Shown here: piece by piece, positions 51,942-64,000 of the stretch
Layout of the letters: each line of letters begins with the position of its first letter
How positions within the stretch are numbered: the first letter of the stretch is position 1
NCBI GenBank assembly: GCA_963818475.1
Contig: CAWFSF010000006.1
Span: 2,048,001 to 2,112,000 of the forward strand
Source of the DNA: Nitrospirota bacterium
GTDB lineage: Bacteria; Nitrospirota; UBA9217
Reading direction: 5' to 3'
Length of the DNA stretch: 64,000 nt
Notes under the pieces: generated by a model
What the model saw: only the letters and a program-made list of their open reading frames with translations
The model's database searches: none
Told to the model about the DNA's origin: nothing
Program-made: the position numbers and the translations under genes

Positions 51942-54900
51942 TTAAAAACTGCTCAAACCGTCTTGTCCGGTTGATGGACTGGATCTACTGGTCGGATCAG
52001 AAGCCTCCAATGCGTCTATGCTCGCGGCTAATTCTCGAGGCGTTTCAAAACCGTACATGTCATCGGCATCGACATCTTCTCCGACAACAGTCATAATACA
52101 ATCTGATGCCCATGCAGCACAGGTATTGGTGATAGTCCAGTAACTTGGTGTATTGATATAACTAATCAAAGCCTGCTTTTCATCAGCAAACAGCATGTAG
52201 TATCTATTGTGATTGCCCGAGGATGACTCATAATTAACCCTGACATCGCTTCCGTCATTATTATCCCCTCTTTGGATGACAAGCCAGTGATCGTCAGGCC
52301 GACAGCCCATAGGTTGTTACAAGACCGGACGTAACGTCTGTCACTGTAATCCACGCATGACCATCAGTATAAGACGGATCTATTTCATTTTGTAATGATG
52401 AGTGAACACCTAGAACAGTGTCATAAACGAGAACGTTTAGTTTGACTCTATTGCCACATTCAGCCTCAATTGTCTTATAATCTGTTTTACTTGATGAGAC
52501 CGTATCGAAGGTCACAGTTATTGTTTCTCCTGACCCAGACGCGCCCGAACTTCCGCTCCAACTAGGTTTCCCATCTGGCCATGGAGCACTGGAAGGTGTT
52601 TTTGCAGCAGTGAAAGTAACTATTGATCCTTTCATTATAAAAATAGTTTTAGTAGTATCCGGACTATCAGTATCCGATGTTTTTCCACGACCACTAATAG
52701 AATCTATCTTTACAACATACGTTTGAAGCATATACATCGGCTGGTCGTTAAAGCAATTGCAGTTGGCATATACAGAGACATCGTAAACGCCTGGCGATGA
52801 ATATGAATGATTTATAGTCGTGCTTGTCGTTGAATCTCCTGATCCGTCTCCAAAGTCCCAGAAATAAGTAATATCACAGTTCCCAGTAGCAGTTACAGAA
52901 TAATTGACCGTTTGGTCTATTGGTACGACATCCGTCTCCTTTCCATCTGCATAAGCTGATGTAATTGTTAAACTTATCGTTTCGCACGTTTTATTCCCGA
53001 AAAGGTCCGCCTTACAAACGCCTGGATTTGGCGTATTCTGATTGCAGCATTCGCCTTCCGCCTTGAGATTACACTCGCTGCACTGCTGCGGATTGAGATC
53101 GAGTAAGCTGTTTGCGGACAGTGATAACGATCCCGCCTTTAAACTGCTAGTCTGAGTAGTCTGAGCGTCCGCACACGCAACGACTTCGACGGTATCCGAA
53201 GGCTGCGCATCGGTGCAATCGCAGTTCACGTAGACTGTGGCATTGTAGATGCGCGCCGATGGCAGTATAGGTATGCGATATGGACGAGGTTGTCGACATA
53301 TCACCCGATCCGTCGCCGAAATCCCAGAAGTACGTGAAGTTGCAATTTCCATCCGGAATTGCCGTGAAGCTCACCGGCTGATTGGTATACACGACCGCCG
53401 ATTTATTAAGATTAACGAGAAGACTGACGCTCGTTAAAACGACCGGCTCGCACGTTCCCGCTTTACAGATTCCATCAATATTGCAGCATGTCGCAGGATC
53501 ATCCGGCACAGGCACTTTAACCCCATCCTGGCACTGATTACACATGTCATCCGGGATGGGCCCTGTGATCGGCGTGTTCTCGCACCCATTCGCTCCGCAT
53601 GAATCCTCGGTGCACGGGTCACCGTCGTCGCAATCGAGCGGATAGGACTGGCAATCACCGTTTTCGCACCAGTTCACGGTGCACGGGTCGTTGTCTTCAC
53701 AATCTTTGGGCGTATTGACGCACCCGTTAGGTCCGCAAGAATCATCCGTGCACGGATCGCCGTCGTCGCAATCCAACGGGTAGGACTGGCAACCTCCGTT
53801 TTCGCACCAGTTCACGGTGCATGGGTCATTGTCTTCACAATCTTTGGGAGCGTTGACGCACCCATTGGGTCCGCAAGAATCATCCGTGCATGGATCGCCA
53901 TCGTCGCAATCCAGCGGATATGACTCGCAGCCGTTCGCGCCGCACCAATCTACCGTGCAGGGATCGCCGTCTTCGCAGTCCAGAGGATAAGACTGACAGC
54001 CTTCCCCCTCGCACCAATTGACCGTGCACGGGTCACCGTCTTCACAGTCGCTGGGCGTGTTGACACAGCTTCCCGATTGGCAGGAATCTGTCGTGCACGC
54101 GTTGCCATCATCGCAATCTTTTGGTGTGCTGATGCAGCCGCCGGACCCGCAGGAATCATCGGTGCACGGATTGCCGTCGTCGCAGTCAAGAGGATAAGAC
54201 TGGCATCCGCCGTTTTCGCACCAGTCAACCGTGCACGGATCGCCGTCTTCGCAGTCCAGAGGATAGGACTGACAACCGCCGTTTTCGCACCAGTTAACCG
54301 TACACCCGTCTCCATCATCGCAGTCAATGGATGTGTTGATACAGCTTCCCGACTGACAAGAATCGTCTGTGCACGCGTTGCCGTCATCGCAATCTTTGGG
54401 TGTGTTGATGCAGCCGCCGGACCCGCAGGAATCATCGGTGCATGGATTGCCGTCGTCGCAATCCAACGGATAAGACTGGCATCCGCCGTTTTCGCACCAG
54501 TCGACCGAGCACGGATCGCCGTCTTCGCAGTCGAGGGGATAGGACTGGCAACCCCCATTTTCACACCAGTTCACCGTGCATCCGTCTCCGTCTTCACAAT
54601 CGATGGACGTGTTGATACAGAGGCCGTCCTCGCAGGAATCATTGGTGCAGGAATTGCCGTCGTCGCAATCCCTGGGAGTGTTGATGCAGCCTCCGGACCC
54701 ACAGGAATCATCGGTGCACGGATTGCCGTCGTCGCAATCCAACGGATAAGACTGGCATCCGCCGTTTTCGCACCAGTTGACCGAGCAGGGATCTCCGTCT
54801 TCGCAGTCAAGGGGATAGGACTGGCAACCGCCGTTTTCGCACCAGTTAACTGTGCACCCGTCTCCGTCATCGCAGTCAAGGGATGTATTGATACAGCTTC

Positions 54901-57900
54901 CCGAGACGCATGAATCAGTCGTGCACGCATTGCCGTCATCGCAATCTCTGGGTGTATTGATGCAGCCGCCAGCCCCGCAGGAATCATCGGTGCACGGATT
55001 GCCGTCGTCGCAATCCAGAGGATACGACTGGCAGCCGTCTTCGCACCAGTTCACTGTGCACGGGTCGCCGCCGTCGCAATCTATGGGAGTATTGACACAC
55101 CCTCCGGAACCGCACGAATCGTCCGTGCACCCGTTGCCGTCGTCGCAATCCAGAGGATAGGATTGGCAGCCGTCTTCGCACCAGTTCACTGTGCACGGGT
55201 CGCCGCCGTCGCACACTACAGGCTCGTGGGTACATGCACCGTTTGAACAGGAGTCATCCGTACATGAGTTATTGTCATCGCAGTTCATGCAGCCGCAGTC
55301 ACCTGTCGGCAGAGGACCGGGCTGTCCAGGAGCACCCCCGCCGCTTCCGCCTGAACTACCGCCACCGCCACCGTACCACCCGCCGCCGCTGCCGCCACCG
55401 CTACCACCGTGCCGCCACCGCTTGTCGGACAGGTCGTTGGTACGCCGACATTCCCGCTGGTGCTCGCGGTTGCTGTCGCTCCTGACACAGGACATGTTTC
55501 CGCCGTACCGGATGCCGTTATGGGGAATGAGGAAACACATCCTGCTCCGTATCCGCGTACTTCTTCAAAAAGCGAGGACAAAGCTGAAGCAGCGAACAAT
55601 TGAAGTGAAGAATCGGGGTTACATGCGTCATTTCCTGCATCACGGAGGTTTAAGTTCGCGGCCACTGTTTGCCGTTTAGTGACCCTGAAGGGCATCGTTA
55701 TCTTCTGTTGCGCCCCAATTCTGGTCGGTATCGACGAAGTGAAGACTTCTACGTCGTAGTCCAAGAAGCTGGTCGGGAAAGTTATTTTAACGTCAACTAC
55801 AGCTATCAGCCCGTAGTTGGTGATGGTAAATTCGCCGTTAAAGACCTGCCCAGGCAGCATTTCGGGAAGATTAATGACTGGAGGCTCAGTGACGAGCACG
55901 GGTAACGGTACATTGGTAGCAAATGTCTGAGTGATTACGATCTCGTATTTGTCCTGTATTGTCGTCGGCACCACACTCCAGGTGACGTCGACAAGCTTTA
56001 CTTCCAAAATTATGGAGGCAGTGGTTGTTATTCCCGGACTTACGACAAATGTCCCGGAATAAGGCAAATGTCCCGGCGGAGGCGTCACATTAAAGGAATA
56101 TCTTCCCTCGGGTATGTCATTCTTCATGACGGTGCCGTCTGTACCGCTCTTTACGGTATAGATAAGATCCGTGAGCAGTTGATTCTGGAATGTGATCGTG
56201 GCATCGGGCATTTTTTCCGCCAGCATATTCTGCACGGTAAAATATACGCTGCCGACCGCGTTGCTCGATACGGTCACCTGGATGTGATACGTATAGGGTA
56301 TATGATTATCGGAGTAAATAACGATTTGATCGTCATAAACTCCTTGCGCAAGGGTGCTGGACGGCACTGAACATGAAGCTGACCGACTTGGAAGAACCCG
56401 GCAGAATATCGCCGATGGTTTTGTCCTGTGTAAGACTCATCCATGATGTGGACGGACCTTCGATCCGCGCATTTTTGAGGGTGTCCTCTCCCGTATTCGA
56501 GATCGTGAAGGTGGCAATCTTCTGGTCTCCCCGCACCATACCGGTATCGATATAGGACGGACTCGTGCTGATGATCGGGCTGAGGCTGACCATGATGATC
56601 GAAGCATTGAGCGTGACGGAGAGTCCTTCAGCGGTCGTTGCCTTCATTGTCGCCCAACCGGTATCAGGCGCGGACGTATCCGCCGTGAGACGAAGCGTGA
56701 TCGACTGCTTTTCCCCTGCGGTAAGCGTTGTGTCGCCGTTGTTGATAACTCCCGCGACGATGCCGCTGCTCGATGTGGTTTCAAACGCCAGACCGGTGAG
56801 AGCGCCGCCGCCGAAGTTGCTGATCGTGACCGGGATGTCGAGACTGCGGTTTCTCGCCAGTCTGACAGTCGCCGAGGTCGGATTGATCGGAGATTCCGGC
56901 TATGGAGAACGTGGCCTGGACGGTCCTGTCCTTGACATCGGGGTGCACCGCCCAGAGGCTGTAGGTGCCTGCCTCATTGCTTCCCGGCGTAAAGGTGTAG
57001 CTGAAATTGCCGGAGGCATCGGTCGTGACGGTGTAGAACCGGTCGAAGCCGTTCACGGAAATGCCGAGCTTCACCGGAACGTTCGGAACAAGCGCCCCCT
57101 CACCCCCGCCCTCTCCCGCGAGGGTAGAGGGAGTGTTAGAGATAGCCGAGCCGTTGATGATAACCGGCTGGGCCATGGCATAGAAGGTTTTATCAGGCGC
57201 TGCCACGGCGCGATAAGCAGTCTCCTGGATATAGGACTCCACTGAGCCTTTCATACCCGGCGCCGTGACCTGGTCGGACTTCGAATAATGATAATAGGTG
57301 TTCTCGATCACTGCCTCGATGATCACCTTATAAGGGGCGGAAACAGGCACGGGCAGCAGGATCGGATCGGTCATGAAGCTTTCGTTCGGGTTGATCCGCG
57401 CAACCGCGTATCCCGCACCGTTCACGATAGCAGCGCCTACGCGCTGGTCCAGGTAACCGGTGGACAGGAGGTTTCCATCCTGGTCCTTGAGATTGATCCT
57501 GACCTTTGTCGTCTTCGTATTGTTTTCGCTCGTGACGAGCTCCATCTGGCTCGTGCCGATGTTGTTCACCTTGAGCCGCACCTTCGCGTCCGTGTTCCGA
57601 ACAAGCGGATCATTGAAGATCTCCATGCTCGAACTCGATCCCTGGACCTCTGCCGACGTGGTCCTGGAGAGCTTAATGGCAACGCCGGGCGACGGCGACC
57701 AATTTGCCTGGATGAATACGGACACCGGAGAAAGAGCGTCCGCTGTCGTGGCCGCAACCTTTTCCAGCTGAAGCGTGGTGTTGGCGGCGAGGCTGAACGG
57801 TCCCAGGATCGTGCTTGCAGGAGCAGTACCCACCTTGACGTCGATTGAATCAATGCTCAGGCCAAAGCCAGAAGCTAATGATATGATGATGGGCACGGTT

Positions 57901-60900
57901 TCGAGCACACCCCTCCTGAGGGTAGTCCCCTCTTTCAGGCCGAGCGTTAGATCGGGTAGTGCTACCTCTTTGACCGGGCTTTCATTCTCCAGATTGTCCA
58001 CTGCGGAGACGCCGTAGGTCGTGTTCGACGCACCATAGCCATCGGTATAGGAGAGATCCAATACCGGGTACGGCGTAACGCGGCTTCCGTTCCGGTAGAT
58101 ATGATAGCCTGCAATAGTGCCGTCCTGCGGCGACTGCCAGGTGATCGTGGGAGCAGCATCATCGATACGCTGGAGCACCAGATTTCTTACCGGAGACACC
58201 GGGAAATCGATCTCCTTGATCTCAGACAGCAGGCCTTCATTCCCGAGGCTGTCCACGGCGGCAACTGCATAGAAGCGATAGGTTTTCGAAGGCGAAGCGT
58301 CCACTGCCGTCGAGATCGGGACCTTTGCCACGGGCGTGAGACCGGTTGATGAGGTAAACGCGGCGTTCGACCGGTACAGATGATAGCCCTTGAGAGGCAG
58401 TACGGATTGAGAATCGACCACTGCGTCCCAAGTCGCGGAGACGCCGCCGCTTCCGAGAGAAAGCGATAAATTCTGAGGAGCAGGAGGTCCTGTCCTGTCG
58501 GAGACTGCCTGCACTTCGGCAGAGAGCGGGCTCTCGCTTCCCATAAGGCCCACGGATGTTATTGCATAGTAGTAAGTGCCGTCATCCGGCGGCGTGTCCT
58601 GGGCCGGCGATCCTGCACTTCCGGTTATAACCTTTGTCGGGGACGATTCATTCTCCGCTCTGCGGTAGACGTTGTAGGTAATGGCAGAGCCGCCTATGTT
58701 GTTCAGCTGTTCGTACATGACCGGGTACCAGGTAAGCGTGACTGCGCCTGCCTTTTCCGATTTCGCTGCAAGGCCGTCCGGTATTCCGGGGGACGGCACC
58801 TGATCGCGGTACAGCAGGATATACCGGCCTGTAGAGACGATAGTGCCCACATTTCCGAGTGTATCTTGTGCTGAGTTCATGATGAACTCGGCCTTGCCCT
58901 CGGGCATGCTGGAGACATTGAGGGATCCCGCCCAATGAATGCCATTGTCCGTCGACGTCATGCCGCTTACGAGCGAGGTCGTTCCATCCGACCCCTTGAG
59001 GGTAATTTCAGGTGTCACGACTGAAGCTTCATTCAGGATGACGGCAACGGCAGCAGGATCGGACTTGATCTGCAAGGTCGCCGCTGGAGATTGGACTGCG
59101 GCTTCCGGTCCTTTGACGTCGATGGTGATGCCTGCCCCCTGCCCGTTCCCGCGATTTCCGACCATGTCCTTGCCCGAGAATTTGTACGTTGTCGCTCCCT
59201 GAGGGCTTTGTGCGGTGATCGTGAAGGCGCCGTCGTAGTGCGTGTCGTCCACCTTGTTCATCGTGACCACGATGGGAGAGCCTTCCTGCGGCTCGAGGCT
59301 GAAGAACGGCAGCTCCTTGAGCTTCTCGCTCACCGTGACCGCAACTTCCACGCTGCCCGGACCGACAGCCGAGTTCGGAGTTATGAGTTGTGAGTTCTGT
59401 TTGTATTGGATAGTTGCGACGGACGGCGCAGTCCCGTCCGTAGACAGTGCTGCAACATTCGATATCCCGCTCTCGTTGCCTGCGCTGTCCAAAGCCGTTA
59501 CGGCATAGTACCTGAAGCCGTCGTCTCCAGGGTTGTATTCCTTGTACTGGTACGTTATCGGAGAAGTGTTCGTCGCCGTCACCCCTGCGTCCGTCTTTGA
59601 ACTGAAGGAGGACGGACTCATATACAGGTTGTAACCTGAAGGCATCTCACCCGTCGGGCTCGTCCAGGTAAAGCGCAAAAGCCCTCCTGTCAGGACCTGT
59701 GCAGCAAGATTCTGAGGAGCGGGAGGTGCGCCGGTGTCGACCAGGATCTTGTAATCCGGCGCATAGGCGCTCTCGCCTCCGCGATGGCTCGCCTTGACTG
59801 CAAGGACATTGTCTCCTTCAACAAGTGCTATGGACGGGAAGGTGAATGTTCCCGTTCCTGTCGTACCTGCGGTCTGGGCCGTGTTGACAACGACACCGTT
59901 CACTTTAAGCGTGACGGTCGTGAAGAGCGGGGCCGTGCCCGTTGCGGTCACTATATAGCTGGGTGTCGTCTGTGTCTCGCTATGGCCCGTGATCTTCGGG
60001 GAAGCGGGCTGTGCAAGACTCACGATGACCTGTCGCGGGTCTTCGGTTGCGTTCCCTTTGCTGTCCGTTGCCCTGAGCTTGATCGTATGATTGCCGTCGG
60101 TCGCAGCAACCACATTCCAGAAGTAAGAAAGGCTGCCACCGTTCTGGGTCGCAACAACGGTGCCATCGATGGAAAGCTCCATCGAGCCCATCGTGCTTTC
60201 AACATCATACGCTGTTGCGGTGATCGTGATCGGCCCGGTGACCACCTGGCCGGTGATGATCGAGAAGGTATCGATGGCCGGTCCTGTTGAGTCGGCCAGG
60301 GGTGTCACGCTTATGCTCTGGACATCGGACCGCTCGGCGCCTGATGTGTTCAGTACCGTGACCGCGTATTGATAAGTGGTGTCGTTTGTGAGGCCCGTGG
60401 CGTTGTAGGTCGTTGCAGTCTTGGCAACATTACCGACCAGGGTCATCGTGCCGATGCTGGTCAGTTGCGCTGTCGAAGGTTTGCTGTAAATATTGTATTG
60501 CTTCACGTACGGCGAACTTACCGCGCTCCAGGAGAGTGCAGCCTTGCCGCTGCTTGTTGCGGCGGTGAGATTCGTGGGGTTCGCGAGCCGCGTTACCGCT
60601 TCGACCACAGCGCCACGGCTCTCATGACCGAGCGTGTCTTTGACCGTTATTTTGAACTTGTACTTCGTTGCGTCGGAGAGCCCCGTTTTCGTATAGGTCG
60701 CTGCCGTCTTTCCGAGCGGCGTTCCGGTGTCGTACCCTGTCCCGCCGTCCACGTACACGATATGGTCCGCGAGATCATTGGTGGAGTTAAGGCTGGCATT
60801 CCAGGTGATGGCAATGAAGTTTCCTTGCGTGTCTGCGTAATCGGCTGCCGCAGCAAGATTCGTGACATCTTCGGGAGCCTTTGTATCGGTCGGCACTGCC

Positions 60901-63900
60901 GATGCGATATTCACGGTATCGATCTGGTTCCCTGCCTGATCCACTGGCACGACTGCGAAATAGTAGGTGGTTCCCTGAGTAAGCGCCGTTGCGGTGTAGG
61001 TCCTGGTGCCGTTGTTCACCGTGCCGATGGGTATCATGCCGGCGACATCGCCAAAGACCGAGAGAGATTGGTAGACGACGTAGTAGCCGACGTCGGGCGT
61101 CTCGGGATAGGCCGTCCACGACAAGGTTGCCTCAGTGCCGTTGCCGCTGCCGTCCGCAATGAGCACACCGGGGCCGAGCGGCGCGGGAGGAGCGGTATCG
61201 TACAGAATATCGACCGTCCTGGTCGTGGTGTTTCCGAGCGCGTCGGCCGCGGTGAAGACATAGCGATTCGTAATACTCGATATCAGGTTTGCGTCATAGG
61301 ACCAGGTGTCGCTGATATCGGCCGGGCCGTAAAGCTGCGTGTCGCCGAGCTTCACGATACAGCCCGGCTCCTTCGTTCCGGTCAGGGTCTGCGTTGCCAC
61401 CGACGACGGGTTCTGATAGGTGTTCACGGTGAACGTCGGCGGAGTAGTGTCGAGCACGATGGCCGCGGTCGTGGGAACCGAATTGTTCCCTGCCGCGTCG
61501 CGGGCCGTGATGGAGAGTGCATTCGTGCCCTCGGAGAGGGGGTAGCTGTAGCTCCATGGTTCACCCGTTGTCGGGTTCGGATCTGCAGCAACCCGCTGAG
61601 TCCCATTGATGTAGATGGCTGAGCCGAGTTCTCTGGCGCCTTTCAGGATCTGGTTCCGGTTGTTGGTGGGCGTTGTGACGTTATCCAGGCCTGGTGATGC
61701 AGGCGGTGTTGTGTCGAGGACAAAGGTGCCGGTCGCGGCACTGGTCATCACGTTCCCGGCTATGTCTTGGGCTCCCGATACATTTACGGTATAGGTGCCG
61801 TCGCCAGTCCCGCTGCTGAACGTATGACTGCCGTTCCAAGTCTTGTTGTAGTTGCTCCAGCTTTTGCCAGTCCAAACTGGCGTTATGGTACAGAAGATGA
61901 GACAAGAAGACTTCACAAATGAAACCGACGGGTCGATGGTTGTGGACATCGGCTCATTGAATGTGATACTGAACTGCACGCTCTCGGTCTTGTGCGGGCT
62001 TGTGGGGCTCATGGTGAGAGACTGGACCGTGGGCAGTCCTGTATCCAGGGTGAAGCTGAAGGTAAGCGTTATCGTAGTTTCGAGCTGGTCAACGGGTTTT
62101 ATCTTGACCGTGTACACTCCGTCTCCCAAAACAGTACCTGGATCAGGCGTGAACACAATATGGCCGCCGGCTTGCGTGGTCCATGAACCGCTGATGACCG
62201 TGTTGTTCGAATACGTGACCTCATTGTTTTGGATCGACGCCTGAAGATCGACGCCTGAATTATCGTCAACCAAGACGATGTCGATTGATGCGAGCTGGTT
62301 CGTGAATCCGTTGATAGAAGGCGTTGTGGACGATATCCTCGGAGCAGTGGTGTCCCTGACAACATTCACGGTTACCGACTGACTCGGGTTGCCGGCCTCG
62401 TCCTGCGCAAAGACGACGAAAGCGTTATTCCCTTCGCTCGTGAGGTTAACGGGATAACTCCATGCACTATCACCATATGCCGCGCCGGTCTTGACATTGT
62501 TGACGAACAGGTATGAACCCGCTTCCTTCGTTCCGGCTAAGGTAATCGAACTCAGCTTCGTCGGCGTTGACTGAGGAGTGACGATTGGTGCAGCCGGAGG
62601 AAGCGTGTCCACGGTGAAGGTCATTTGCGCTGAAGGGCTCGGGTTCGCTGCCTGATCAACGGCATATGCAGTAACAGTGTTGCTTCCTTCGTCCAGTCCG
62701 GATACCGTGACGCTCCAGGTGAGGGCTGTAGGATAGGATACGGCGCCGACTGTCGCGCCTGCGCATGCGGCTATGATCTTTATTGAATCCAGGCTCTTCG
62801 TGCCGTTAATCGTCTTTGTGGTCGTGCGGCTCGGAACGAGTATGGGATCGATCGTCGGAGGCGGAGGCGGCGTGGCGTCAACCGTGAAGGTCATACTATA
62901 AGATGAACGGTTGCCCAGCAGGTCGGTCGGGTGTATCGTGGCCGTATAGGTTCCTTCGGTCATGGTATCGTCCGGTGTGAACGTTACTGCTGCAGTTGAA
63001 CCTCCGCCGGACGTGGCCCAGGTGCCCGAGGGATCGGCGCCGGATGTTTTTGTTACAGAAGCACCGGTCAGAGTTGCGTCCAGGTCGATGGTGGAGAACG
63101 GCTCACTGAGGTTGAATTTGATCGATCCGACCGATGTATTGAACAATCCATTGTTGACCGGGTCAGTGCTTAAAACATCCGGCGAACTCAGGTCGAGGGC
63201 AACGGGAACGAGGACAGCCTGACTATGGAACCCATCGGCATCCATTGCCGTGAAGCTCAGGTTGTTCATGCCAGGCTGCAGGGTATAACTCGCCTGCCAG
63301 GTAGTTTGACTGTCGAGCGGAACTATCGTTGTTCCATTCACGACGATGGCTGTTTCGGCAGGTTTGGAGCCGCTAAGCGTGATGGTCGAAGAAGTAGTCG
63401 GAGTCTGCACCGGTTCAACCGTCGGCGGCTGGATGCTGTAGGAGCGGTAGTTTTCCTGGATCTCCGTGTCCGAAAGCGCGCGGTTGTAAATGGCTACATC
63501 GTCGATTGAACCCTTATACGGCCCGTAGGTGGCAACATTGCCAAATGTTGTAGAAGCATAGACATTCTCCCGCAGGCTTAACAGTCCGGTTTTAACAAAT
63601 TGTCCGTTCAAATACAATCTAGGTTGCTTATTTTCGTACACCACCGCAATGTGATTCCAAGCGGCTAGCGATACGTTGTGGACAAGCAGAGACGGCAGAT
63701 AGCTGCTCCCATGTTCAAATACACTGATCCCGTTGGTTCCCACCGATATTCCCACTCCTGCATCGTTATTACCACCATGTGCAGGGCCAACAGCATATCG
63801 TTGAGCACTCGTGCCTGAAATACCCGAGTTGCTTTCGGAAGTAACATTGCGGGTGGCGGTAGGATATGCCCATAGCATGACAGTAAAAGTATTTGCTGCT

Positions 63901-63998
63901 CCGGCATAAGAACCGGCACCTGCCATTGCATAATCATCAACACCATCAAAACTTCCGGCATAGGTCCCGATCTTGGCGCTTGAGGTGAACGTAGCGCC
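51942..63998 (-). CDS. Giant secreted multidomain protein, over 4000 codons, 5' end outside window: LamG - Ig/FN3 array - Gly linker - 25 Cys-rich repeats - 2 PKD - C-terminal toxin-like domain
   Basis: ORFs 56781-63926, 56333-56647, 55285-56367, 53147-55540, 52294-53352 and 51942-52310 join through single-base shifts near 56890, 56370, 55420, 53255 and 52305. The frame is open to the window edge (GSFDGVDDY, WNHIAVVY, GSIDDVAIYNRALS = LamG). Confidence 0.8.
53564..55282 (-). repeat. 25 tandem coding repeats of 66-69 bp (CDDGNPCTDDSC-type; Dictyostelium CTDC / myxobacterial Cys-rich-like)
   Basis: Counted 25 units with 4 Cys each, of two subtypes (CT.DSC..GC.NTP.D and CTVNWCENGGCQSYPLD). Confidence 0.9.
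57095..57132. repeat. REP-like palindrome embedded in frame in the giant gene
   Basis: CCCCCTCACCCCCGCCCTCTCCCGCGAGGGTAGAGGGA, same family as 45023-45072; encodes PSTLAGEGGGEG. Confidence 0.7.
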
Positions 63999-64000
63999 GC

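Noticed and set aside
53564-55282. Regularly spaced repeats resembling a CRISPR array
   Set aside because: Units are 66-69 bp in-frame coding repeats with third-position variation and no unique spacers; no cas genes are present.
1-64000. tRNA, rRNA, integrase or transposase genes
   Set aside because: None recognisable by eye; tRNAscan-SE, Rfam and ISEScan would be needed to exclude them formally.

Overview
A 64 kb bacterial chromosome segment from an anaerobic dissimilatory sulfur-cycling organism. The dsr gene set and protein style suggest Nitrospirota/Thermodesulfovibrionia-like or Desulfobacterota, which is an inference. Many single-base indels split obviously conserved genes; these are most likely long-read assembly errors, so split ORFs are joined here. 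1-12.8 kb (minus strand): a complete dsr cluster, dsrA-B-D-N-(Zn-ribbon ORF)-C-fdx-dsrH/E/F-like-dsrT-M-K-J-O-P-fdx. 14-21.5 kb (minus): a HydABC/NuoEFG-like flavin/Fe-S module with no catalytic H-cluster or Mo ligand, followed by a Ni-CODH (cooS). 22-38 kb: housekeeping and accessory genes (glgC, nitroreductase, DAHP synthase, tsaD, msrAB, two DEAD-box helicases with long leaders, sigma54-driven small proteins) and several small palindromic repeats. 38.6-64 kb (minus): the most novel-looking part, a co-oriented cell-surface locus. It starts with a giant protein (over 4000 codons, open at the window edge) with LamG/Ig/FN3 domains, 25 Cys-rich repeats, two PKD modules and an AT-rich C-terminal His...Cys papain-like toxin-type domain. 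Next come a secreted ankyrin protein (candidate immunity), a DsbA-family protein with an in-frame TGA in its U-P-F-C motif (selenoprotein), a DacB peptidase, a large beta-propeller/Ig partner, a secreted rhodanese-like protein, a dockerin-bearing protein and a cohesin-PASTA-Ig scaffold. Together these look like a cohesin-dockerin-assembled polymorphic toxin/adhesin surface system.
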